From contig JAANOX010000177.1 of NCBI GenBank assembly GCA_020184695.1, forward strand, positions 60,117 to 124,116: a stretch of 64,000 nt of DNA, written 5' to 3'. This stretch comes from Histomonas meleagridis 2922-C6/04-290x. Lineage: Eukaryota > Protista > Parabasalia. The notes beneath the pieces are model-generated. The model was not told the DNA's origin. It did no database searches and saw nothing but the letters and a program-made list of their open reading frames with translations. Below, piece by piece: positions 11,101-21,230 of this stretch. The translations under genes were made by a program, and so were the position numbers. How positions within the stretch are numbered: position 1 is the first letter of the stretch; every line of letters starts with the position of its first letter.

Positions 11101-12480
11101 TCAAATTAGAATATAATCATCATCAGTATTTTTTTTAAAATGTGTTTCATAAAATGCAAATGCTAAATCTTTGATTTCATCATCGTCATCATAATTACTC
11201 ATTTCTTCTAAGAATACTTCGCATTTTGCCTCGATTAGAACTTGAAGGAAAAAATCCATTTTCCCATTAAACTCACATTCACAAGCAAAATGTTCAAGAA
11301 CAGAAAGTATTAAAGTGATTAATTTTTTATCGTTTTGTATTTCGAATAAAGAACTAAAAACGTCGACAATAAAATCTCTTTCCTCAAAAATGTCGAACAT
11401 GTTCATCATTAAGTCGGGCAAGTATCTCAAAATATAACAAAATGTAATTGCTGCATGTAATCTAACCTTAAAACTATCCTTTAATATACAGTTCAAAACC
11501 AAATTTAATGTATCTGCATCACTAAAAAAATAATCTCTTGCATCTTCAACTGAAATTTGGATTAATCTTGAAATACAATCTAATGCACTTTTCATAAGTT
11601 TAGGCTTATCACCTTGTAAAGACTCATCTATTAATTCTTTAATAATTTCATTATTAAAGAATGAAGCTATTGGGAATCTTGTCAATGTTTTTAATATATA
11701 TAATGCAGAAGATGAACGATTAATTTTGAGAATATTCAAAATTGACTGTTGGAAAAATAAATCATTGAAAATTGAATCTTGCTTTTGAAAAAGTTCGTAT
11801 ATAATTATTGATGCAATTTCAGCAGTGTCTTCAGTAACATTCAGTAATGAATCATGAATAAAATTCCATGTGTCTTTGGTAAAAATGTTAGATGAGATAC
11901 ATTTTTCTGAGAATTCTAATAAAACAAAATTAACTTCGGGAGATATATTAAAATATCTTACAGCACATGAAAAAAAATTATTTTCAAGAAATATTGGATA
12001 AAATGGTTCGGTAAATAAAGTATTAAGTATAAAGAATATGTGAAATAATCCATTTTTTGTTTCTTCATCGATAAATTGATGTTCAAAATTAAAATTGATG
12101 ATCAGTTGAAAAAAATATTCAAACACTTGTGGAGTTCTAAAATGAGGAGAGCAATATGTAAGATTACCTACTGTTTTTAGAATATCATTTATAAATGGGT
12201 CAAAATTGATGGGAAGTAAAATGTGAGATAATAACAAATCGACAAATTCGAATTTTTCTAGGAGAGCAATGGCATCTATATCATTACATTTTGAAATTTT
12301 TCTTAAGTCTCTGAGATTTGTTTCGATTTGTTCTGGTATATCGAAAAAATTATTAAATAAATTTTGGATAAAAAAATTCAAATTTGTAAGGATATCACCT
12401 TTTTCAGCAAGGCTAGCGCCTTGTGAATTTTTTAATATTTCTATGTAACTTTGTGCTAATTTTTGGTGCTTGTAATTCAT
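11101..12480 (-). CDS. ARM/HEAT-like helical repeat hypothetical protein
   Basis: 459-aa ORF of amphipathic helices (LKTVGNLTY, SALDCISRL, FKVRLHAAITFC). Acidic C-terminus DDDDEIKDLA resembles importin-alpha-like ends. Confidence 0.6.
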   Translation of the reverse strand: MNYKHQKLAQSYIEILKNSQGASLAEKGDILTNLNFFIQNLFNNFFDIPEQIETNLRDLRKISKCNDIDAIALLEKFEFVDLLLSHILLPINFDPFINDILKTVGNLTYCSPHFRTPQVFEYFFQLIINFNFEHQFIDEETKNGLFHIFFILNTLFTEPFYPIFLENNFFSCAVRYFNISPEVNFVLLEFSEKCISSNIFTKDTWNFIHDSLLNVTEDTAEIASIIIYELFQKQDSIFNDLFFQQSILNILKINRSSSALYILKTLTRFPIASFFNNEIIKELIDESLQGDKPKLMKSALDCISRLIQISVEDARDYFFSDADTLNLVLNCILKDSFKVRLHAAITFCYILRYLPDLMMNMFDIFEERDFIVDVFSSLFEIQNDKKLITLILSVLEHFACECEFNGKMDFFLQVLIEAKCEVFLEEMSNYDDDDEIKDLAFAFYETHFKKNTDDDYILI

Positions 12481-13719
12481 TAAATCTATTTAGTTGAATA
12501 ACTTTTTGATCAACGATTAGGCAGTTTTGTTTGGCCAATAATAAAATGGATTTTTTGTTATTTTAGATATATATTTATCTAATTTAAATATAACCTCAAA
12601 TATGACTCAGTTTATGGTTTGAATATTTCATGAAATTTTTCGTAATTAGCTTGATTTGGATTATAAAAATTTCAAATTCCATGATTGCAACACTTTTCTT
12701 TATATTGTAAAGTAATCAATCAACGCAGAAAAGTGGCATGATTGTGTGGCTTTTTTACGACGACATACGCTTCTGCTTTCAATTAGTAGAAAAGGGAGCT
12801 AACTTTCATTGTCAAAAATCATGTTTTTGAAAGGTTTACCATAAATTTGATAAGTAAAAACACTCATCACACCATATATTGATAAACCATACAAAAGCAT
12901 GGTCCATTTTTGCACAAATAAAAAAGCCCAGTCAATTTTGAACTAAAACAGTTTTAAGACTGTTTGAATCAAATGAGCTGCAGTTCTTTTTATCACGATT
13001 TCTAAATGACGATAATCAACGGTTTCAAAGTTTTTTACATTCATGATTTTTGTCATGAAAGCATTCTAAACTATGTCGCTCTATAAGCGTAGTATCATGT
13101 TCCCAAAGCGATTTCTTGTAAGTCATTATAAAAAAATTCATAAATAACTAAATTGTTATAAATCGTCACAAGATTTTAATTTTCACATAAGCGCAATGTT
13201 TACATAAACAAAAGTCAATATTTCCATGTTGCTTATTTTTATATATCATATAATTATTATTGTATCTTTATTGTATAACACGTGAGCCAGAGACAAGATA
13301 AAGCCTCTAGTACACTTCCACTATTGGTATAAATTCATATAATAGCACTGTAACACCTTTTTGATAATAGCTTCTCTTTTCATCATCTTCAAACTCGTTT
13401 TTTTGCTCTAATATCATATATATTTAAAATTATTTTTTAATTCATTTGTGCACACGATATATAAGAAAAGGATTGTTTCAAATCTTTATATAAATCTGGT
13501 TTCTGCATAAACACAAGTTTATATAAACAGAGTTTAATTTTAATTTCATATCATTATTGTTGTATAACATATGAGCAGCAGAAAAAAGTATAAAACATAC
13601 ATTCAACACCAAAATTTGCACAAACTCAGATAAAATCACAGAAATACATCAGGTGTATGCATATTAAATTCTTTTTTCGTCACTCTCATAATGAATTTTC
13701 ATGTATCACTTCAAACTCA

Positions 13720-14200
13720 TTGCCATAAAATTTACCGACATCAGAGGTATGTTTATACTCACTTATTTACTATACACCATATATAAAAATAAAATTGTTT
13801 TAAATCATTTTTATCTAAATATATATCAATGTGTTCGCATTGATTTTTTATATTTCAAATAACACAGATGAACGAAGCGTCGAACATAACTCTCACCGGC
13901 ACTTGCTTATACTGTAATTCTCATTAAATTTTTTAGTTACAAACTTATTATCATAAAATATACCATTTGCTGATATTAAAAGTATGTTTATACTCACTTA
14001 TTCCTTATATACCACATATTTAAATAAAATTGTTTTAAATCATTTTTATCTAAATATATATCAATGTGTCTGCATTGATTTTTTATATTTCAAATAACAC
14101 ATATGAACGAAACATCGAACATAACTCTCACCCATATCTGTAATGTTCATTAACTAAAACATATTACATAAAATATTCCATTTACTGATATCAAAAATAT
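13720..14200. repeat. Local tandem duplication, ~235-bp period, about 2 copies
   Basis: GTATGTTTATACTCACTTA occurs at 13747 and 13982, followed by matching ...AAATAACAC...GAACATAACTCTCACC segments. Confidence 0.85.
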
Positions 14201-14220
14201 ACAAAAAAATATATTTATAT

Positions 14221-15327
14221 TCACTTAGCCCCCACTGGCGGTGGTCTAATTCTATCCGGTCTTAGTGTCTCTATTTGCTTTTGTTTATTTTTCCTCTCGG
14301 ACGCCGCTTTTTGATGCATTTCCTTTCGGGTCATTTGAGGTAACATGTCAGGGTCAGCTTCACTTGTGATGTTCCTAAAGAACTTGTGGTTCAGTGCCAT
14401 TTCAGCGGTGATTCTTTTGCTCGGGTCATACCTCAGCATCTCCATGAGCAAGTCTGGCAAATCAGGATAATTTTCACTATCGATTTCCTTAAAAATTTCC
14501 TCTAAATGTGAAGTGGTGTCCTGGGGCATACGAGGATTAAAGATAAGATCAACACGATCGAATTTACGATAGAGATCTAATACTTGTTTTTGAGGAAAGC
14601 CACAAACTCCAAAGATACACATCAATTGAGAGAGATCATCATCATTGTTCTTCGCATGGAATAAGATTTTAGATGTGGCCATCTCATATAAGATACATCC
14701 CGCACTCCAGATGTCAACTTCAGGACCATATTCTGTACAGCCGAGTAATAACTCAGGTGGGCGATACCATTGTGTTATTACTTTGGGCGAATATTTCCCT
14801 TTGTGTTCAAATGTTCGTGCAAGTCCAAAATCTCCAAGTTTAAGGACATTATGGGATGAAACAAACATGTTGGCTGGCTTTAAATCTCGATGGATAATCT
14901 GATTGATGCAACAATAATGAAGTGCAACAAGAAATTGTTTCATTAAAGACTTCATTAACAAGGGTTGTGGACGTGTTTCATCTACATCATAAAGTAATGC
15001 ATATAAATCATACTCGCAATACTCAAAGATTAAATAAGTACCTTCTTGTGGATCTTCTGATTGAATGATTAATTTGAGTTCGACAATATTTTCATGATGT
15101 AGACTGAATAAAAGACGTGCTTCACGAATGGTATTGAGTGGGAACCCATCTTCTCGACGGAGAATAAAAATTCGTTTGGCTGCAACTATATCATTTGTTG
15201 TTCTGTCACGACATTTTTGAACCTCGCCATATGTGCCTTTGCCTATGGTCTGGATGACATCATAACGATCGCTGAATGATTTAACTCTTTCAACACGATT
15301 GGATGCCTCCATGATGTTGTAAGCCAA
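14221..15327 (-). CDS. CMGC/CDK family protein kinase (CDK9/12-like)
   Basis: IGKGTYGEV, VAAK, GFPLNTIRE (PITAIRE-like), HRDLKPAN, DFGLAR, VITQWYRPPELLLG. Confidence 0.93.
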   Translation of the reverse strand: MAYNIMEASNRVERVKSFSDRYDVIQTIGKGTYGEVQKCRDRTTNDIVAAKRIFILRREDGFPLNTIREARLLFSLHHENIVELKLIIQSEDPQEGTYLIFEYCEYDLYALLYDVDETRPQPLLMKSLMKQFLVALHYCCINQIIHRDLKPANMFVSSHNVLKLGDFGLARTFEHKGKYSPKVITQWYRPPELLLGCTEYGPEVDIWSAGCILYEMATSKILFHAKNNDDDLSQLMCIFGVCGFPQKQVLDLYRKFDRVDLIFNPRMPQDTTSHLEEIFKEIDSENYPDLPDLLMEMLRYDPSKRITAEMALNHKFFRNITSEADPDMLPQMTRKEMHQKAASERKNKQKQIETLRPDRIRPPPVGAK

Positions 15328-15550
15328 TTGAAGGGCACGTTAATTCTATCGGCCTTTGAAGTGCCTAATTTGGCGCCAAGAAGCGTTTAATTAAAACTGG
15401 GCATTTTCGTAACAAAGTATTAAACAAGAGGCTTTATCGAAAACATTTCATTATATAATAAAAGAATATTTAACTAACAAACATACAATTTACTAATTAG
15501 ATTATCACTTTTCGGTTTTTAGGCCACCCTAAAATCGTCAACTTCAAAAA

Positions 15551-18010
15551 ATGCAAACAATCGGGGAAGGTGACATAAAAATTGTTCCTCGTTCATATAA
15601 CTTACAGATAAAGAACAAAATAAGAGAAACAAAAATCAGGAATGGGCAACTTTGGTTTACAACTGATGACTTTAAGATGAATTATTGCAACTTAAATATC
15701 AAACCTTTCCAAATAAAAACATATACAGAAATTGGAAATATTAGGTTTTTCTCGGTTTCTCCAGATGGTGAATATTGTTTTGTTCGAAACAATTATAACA
15801 AACATTTTTTATTAACAGCTTATGTTGAACAAAAAACTTTTGATCCAATGAGTGTTATTCCTGATTATAATGCCATGTCAGCGGCATGGCTTTATGTTAA
15901 AAATGCAAAGAAGCCATATTTATTCTTTGGTACAAATAAAGCACAAATATTATATATCAACCTAAACTCGCCAACAGTACGTGCGTGTTCCATTCTTATT
16001 CTTTCAGTTACCTTTCCAGGTCCTATATCAGGAATTTTAATGTCTACATTTTCAGATGACAAAGTTGCTCTTATCACAGTATCACAAGGTTTAATCAATG
16101 GCTTCATACTTTCCAAAGAGTTTACTGATGAACCCGATGATAAACGTCTTACGATTAATTTACCCATAAATCATCAAATATCAAATGCCATTTATACACA
16201 AAAGCCATACTTAGCCGTATTTTGTGGGTCTATGATATTTTGTTATTATATTAACACCAAAACCAAAGCCCCCATTGTCACAAAAGATCTATTTTCACGA
16301 ACAACACCATTTTCAATTTCATCAGGCACTACCAACTTTTCATTCTTTGGAAGTGTTATGGTTCATTTTACCAAAGATGAAATCTTTTTCTTTCAACAAG
16401 ATCATGAAGATTCACTTTATTCAATCAAGATACCAAACGTAGATATCTTTGAGATGGACTCCGCCACTGGGGAAATCTATGGCTTCAAAGGCGACACATT
16501 AGTTCATTATCAGTTCTGTTCTCCAATTAGCGCATCAGGCTTTGATTGTTTACTTTTCTGGCTTTTCTATAGTTTACTTGCGGTTAGGAAGGAGAAAGAA
16601 GCCGCTGATGTTTTATTACTTACATCGATATCATTTGATCAAATGGTTAAATTAGCGCATAATGAATCTGATTTCTTTCGGTTCCATCTATTCAAAGAAT
16701 ATGTTAATGTCATTCAAAAACAATATATCCTTCAAAGAACAGCGATAGCACAATTTGCATTAGAATTATACATACGTATTGAATCACTTAAGGAAAAACC
16801 TGATACAAATGAATTTATTCATTGGTTAGAGCCATTAATTAAAGAGGGCGTTATCGTTCTTCCAACCGTCGAAAAATTGTGTAAACTTTACGGTTGGGAG
16901 GAACCGTTAATGAGCATATTAGAACCTCCGGCACTTTTCAATGTTGTTATGGAAAGTAATTCCATTAGTGAAGCCGAGAAGATTTTATCATCCATTCAAG
17001 ATCCAGAATGTTTTTCACTTAGTGCCTTACGTATCTTTAACAATTGTAGTGAAACGATTGTTAATTTAGTTTCAGGGCGCCCCGATTTAATCATTGGGAA
17101 AATGATTCCAGTATTAGCGTCCAAGTTATTTATGGACAAGATCATCAATTTCTTCCGGAATCATACGCTCAAAGAATCATGGATCCGAAACTTATATTCC
17201 ATCCAATTATCACGAACTAATACCGAAAGCGAAGACGTAATGATTGAACTTGTGAAGAACTTATGTCGGAAAGATTCTAATTCATCGAAAGCTGACATTG
17301 ATTTTGTTGTCCGCTGTTTAGTTGATGAGAAGAAGTATAAACTTGCAGCGATTGGACTTTTCGAGCGAGAAGAATACATTTATGCATCCGGAGTCTCTGC
17401 ATTAGACCCTGAGAATTCACTTGATTTAATTCCCATTGACATAAGCATTGATATTCGACGGCGTTGTGCGTTACGAATCTTACGATCAATGAAACGGAAA
17501 GAAGCAGAACAAGTTGCCAAGAAGTTACTTAATGAAACAAGTGGAATTGACATCATTACAATATTGGAATATTTGCCAAGCGACACAAAGATCGGAAGTC
17601 TTCGGAAGATCATTCCGATATACATCGACAAGAACATGAAAATTGCGGAAGAACAAAAGCAGAAGAAAGAAGAAGCGTTGAAAGGGATAAACGAGTCCAA
17701 CGAAATGGTCAAAGTCAAGAAGGATCAAGTGATAATGCTGAAGAGTTTGCAGACATGTACAAAGTGCGGAAAGTTGTTGCTAACAGACGGAGGTGTGGTG
17801 TACCCGTGCGGACACGCATTCCACGAAAATTGCGTAAGGGAGCTAAACAATAAGGAGAAAATAGAAGAGAACTGCTCTGACTGCCCAATGTGCGGTTTCG
17901 CAAGCATAAAAATGATCTGCCAGCCATTCGATAGAGTGCCGTATGATAAGTACGCGGACATTTGGACGGTGGAGGAAAGCGAACTCAAAAAATTATTGAA
18001 CCGGTTCTGA
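15551..18010 (+). CDS. Vps18/Pep3-like HOPS/CORVET subunit
   Basis: 819 aa: N-terminal beta-rich region, helical solenoid, short coiled coil and C-terminal RING-H2-like CTKC...YPCGHAFHENC...CPMCG, as in Vps18. Confidence 0.75.
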   Translation: MQTIGEGDIKIVPRSYNLQIKNKIRETKIRNGQLWFTTDDFKMNYCNLNIKPFQIKTYTEIGNIRFFSVSPDGEYCFVRNNYNKHFLLTAYVEQKTFDPMSVIPDYNAMSAAWLYVKNAKKPYLFFGTNKAQILYINLNSPTVRACSILILSVTFPGPISGILMSTFSDDKVALITVSQGLINGFILSKEFTDEPDDKRLTINLPINHQISNAIYTQKPYLAVFCGSMIFCYYINTKTKAPIVTKDLFSRTTPFSISSGTTNFSFFGSVMVHFTKDEIFFFQQDHEDSLYSIKIPNVDIFEMDSATGEIYGFKGDTLVHYQFCSPISASGFDCLLFWLFYSLLAVRKEKEAADVLLLTSISFDQMVKLAHNESDFFRFHLFKEYVNVIQKQYILQRTAIAQFALELYIRIESLKEKPDTNEFIHWLEPLIKEGVIVLPTVEKLCKLYGWEEPLMSILEPPALFNVVMESNSISEAEKILSSIQDPECFSLSALRIFNNCSETIVNLVSGRPDLIIGKMIPVLASKLFMDKIINFFRNHTLKESWIRNLYSIQLSRTNTESEDVMIELVKNLCRKDSNSSKADIDFVVRCLVDEKKYKLAAIGLFEREEYIYASGVSALDPENSLDLIPIDISIDIRRRCALRILRSMKRKEAEQVAKKLLNETSGIDIITILEYLPSDTKIGSLRKIIPIYIDKNMKIAEEQKQKKEEALKGINESNEMVKVKKDQVIMLKSLQTCTKCGKLLLTDGGVVYPCGHAFHENCVRELNNKEKIEENCSDCPMCGFASIKMICQPFDRVPYDKYADIWTVEESELKKLLNRF

Positions 18011-18025
18011 ATGAAGTAAAATTTG

Positions 18026-18259
18026 AAATTTATTCACGTTGTGATATTATATTAATTCGATTTTTGGTTTGTGAATATGTTAAATGGTTTTTGCATTTAT
18101 CGATCGATTTATATAATACGTAAAAATATTCGATTTTCATTTAAATTTATTCACGTTGTGATATTATTTTAATTCGATTTTTGGTTTGTGAATATGTTAA
18201 ATGTTTTTTGCATTTATCGATAGCTGTATGTAATATGTAAAAATATTCGATTTTCATTT
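18026..18259. repeat. Direct tandem duplication, 117-bp unit x2
   Basis: AAATTTATTCACGTTGTGATATT starts at 18026 and 18143. Both copies end ...AAAAATATTCGATTTTCATTT. Confidence 0.9.
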
Positions 18260-18717
18260 GGGGGTTGTCTCATTTTATTAAATTAATTGTATTTCTCCTC
18301 TTTAAAAAATTTTAATTTGATCGAACAAAATTTTTATCAAAATAAAATTGTATTGATATAATATTTAGAGATTTTTAGAAAAATCACAAATGAATAAATC
18401 CAATATAATTGATATAACAAAAATTGTTTTAAAAAAGGATACACAAAAGCAATTCATATATATAATTATTACATTTAACTTACATATTTTCAATATAAGA
18501 AAAAAATTAAGTGGAATCAGTCAATGTAAATAAATTAAATAAAATTGATTTATAAACAATTATTTTAGGAATTAATTATGTAAAAAAATAATATAGAATG
18601 AGTAAATGTTCTGCCAAAATGTAATGAATTAGTAAATGAATTCGATTATCAAAAGTTTGAGCTTAATTGCAATTGAGTCATCTATCAAAAAGTTGGTAAA
18701 AAAGTGTCATATTGTCC

Positions 18718-20081
18718 ATGCAGAAACATGATCAAATATTCGCAAATATAGTAAATTCAAAAGAATGGGAAAAACTACAATATATCAAACAAATCATTTT
18801 TGACATAGGGAAGGAAGATGTTGCAGATACAGTTTCAATAATTGATAATTTTGAAGATGATGAAAGTTTTTCTTTTAATCTAATAATTAGCCAAATGATA
18901 TATTCATCATTTATCACCCAAAAAAAAAGTTGTGAGTTATATTTGAGATTTATTAATGAAATTCAAACACACGAAAAAGCTAATAAAACCAAATCCGAAT
19001 ATTTGATGTTTTTTTAGAATATCTTTTTAGCATTTTCCGAAAATCAGAATGTGATTCATCAGGCCCATTATATTTTATTACGAAAATGATCGAATTCAAT
19101 TATATCGATCCAAAGATTATTGAAAATACACCAAATGCATTTTTAGCACATTACTTCTCTGATAACATGATGCTTCTTGTTAATATGTTACCAAATTATG
19201 AAGAACTTTCAAAGAATGATTTTGAACTTCATAAGCAATTACTTACAGAAGGACATAATCCAAATGAAATTGCAAAAATAATTCGAAATGATGAAATCGA
19301 TAAACTTCAAGAAATATCATCACAAACAAATTTTAATTTTAATCAAATAATTGAACCATCAATATATGAAAGATATTCATTTGTTAATCAAAGAAATGTT
19401 ACATTAATTGATTATGCAGCATTTTTTTCTTCAATTAAATGCTTTAAATTTTTGCTTATGAATAATTCAAGTGTAAAAAACACGGGTAAATATGCAGTTG
19501 CAGGTGGAAATGAAGAAATCATTCATTTATGTGAACAAAATCATTCATCATTTGAAGATGCATATGAAACAGCAATTGAATTTCATCAAAATGATATCTT
19601 TAAATATCTTTATGATAAAAAATTTGAGATTGATTTAATAAAATTAGGAAATTTATGTATTTTCTATCATAATTATGAAATTTTTTTGTTTTTGATTAAG
19701 GAAGGAATGGAAATTAATGATGATATTATTAATGAAGCAGCAAAAATTGGTAATATATATCTTACCAAACTTTTTCTTAAAGAAAATTCTATTCCAAAAG
19801 ATATTTTAGTTTTTTCATCATTTTCAGGAAATATTGAACTTGTTGAATATATTCTGAAACAAGAAGGAATTGATGTTAATGTCAAAAATAGAGTTTGTTT
19901 TAATAATTCAATATTTGAAAATAATATTTGGAAATTATTTAAAATATTTAATACAGCACTTATTTTAGCATCCTATTATAAAAATGCAGAAACAGTTAAA
20001 TTACTTCTTGAGCAAAACGGAATTGATATTAATGCTAAAGATATTTCTTTGTTTTATTTGAAATTTATTTTAATAATTTAA
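18718..20081 (+). pseudogene. DUF3447-type ankyrin-associated gene, leader region (in-frame TAG at 19015 and 1-nt frameshift near 19085)
   Basis: ORFs 18712..19017 and 19086..20081 join with one stop and one frameshift. The domain ELHKQLLTEGHNPNEIAKIIRND...TLIDYAAFFSSIKCFKFLL...YAVAGGNEEIIHLCEQ...AIEFHQNDI is the trichomonad DUF3447/ankyrin family. Confidence 0.75.
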
Positions 20082-21230
20082 AATTTCAAAATAATGTTTG
20101 GAATTTATTTAAATTATTTAGAACCGCACTTATTTTAGCATCAGATGATGATGGTCATCTAGAAATAGTTAAATTACTTCTTGAACAAAAAGGAATTGAT
20201 ATTAATGCTAAAGATATTTATTTGTTTTATTTGAAATTTATTTTAATAATTTAAAATTTCAAAATAATGTTTGGAATTTATTTAAATTATTTAGAACCGC
20301 ACTTATTTTAGCATCAGATGATGATGGTCATCTAGAAATAGTTAAATTACTTCTTGAACAAAAAGGAATTGATATTAATGCTAAAAATATTTATTTGTTG
20401 TATTTAATATTTATTTTAACAATTTGGTAATTCAAAATAATATTTGGAAATTATTTAAATTATTTTGGACAGCACTTATGAGAGCATCTCGATATGGTCA
20501 TACAGAAATAGTTAAATTACTTCTTGAACAAAAAGGAATTGATATTGATGCTAAAGATATTTATTTGTTTTATTTAAAATTTATCTTAACAATTTAGAAT
20601 TTTAAAATAATATTTGAAAATTATTTAAAATACCCAAAACAGCACTTATGGATGCATCTCAAAAAGGTCACACAGAAATAGTTAAATTACTTCTTGAACA
20701 AGAAGGAATTGATATTAATGCTAAAGGTATTTATTTGTTTTATTGAATATTTATTTTAATAATTTAAAATTTCAAAATAATATTTGGAAATTATTTAAAT
20801 TATTTGAAACAGCACTTATTTTAGCATCTCAATGTGGTCATACAGAAATAGTTAAATTACTTCTTGAACAAGAAGGAATTGATATTAATGCTAAAGGTAT
20901 TTATTCGTTTTCTTTAATATTTATTTTAATATTTTGAAATTTCAAAATAATATTTGGAAATTATTTAAATTATTTGAAACAGCACTTATATGGGCATCTA
21001 AAAATGGTCATACAGAAATAGTTAAATTACTTCTTGAACAAGAAGGAATTGATATTAATGCTAAAGGTATTTATTCGTTTTATTTTATTTTTATTTTAAT
21101 AATTTAGAATTCAAAAATAATATTTGGAAATTATTTAAATTATTTTGTACAGCACTTATGATGGCATCTTTAAATGACCACACAGAAATAGTTGGTTTAA
21201 TTAAAAAGAAACTTGATATTAATACTAAAA
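19953..21230 (+). repeat. Ankyrin array A: 8 ankyrin blocks separated by 80-nt frame-breaking spacers
   Basis: Thr codons of TAL at 19953, 20123, 20296, 20469, 20639, 20809, 20979 and 21149. Periods are 170 or 173 nt; the 173-nt units carry one extra GAT codon in the block. Confidence 0.95.

Noticed and set aside
20727-20812. Canonical GT-AG intron in each spacer (G|GTATTT...ACAG|C gives in-frame NAK-AL)
   Set aside because: It fits only the few GGT copies. Most have GAT or AAT and two end ACCG. There is no ACTAAC branch motif, and the product would lack the D-x-x-G-x-T hairpin. An AT-AC reading gives the wrong frame.
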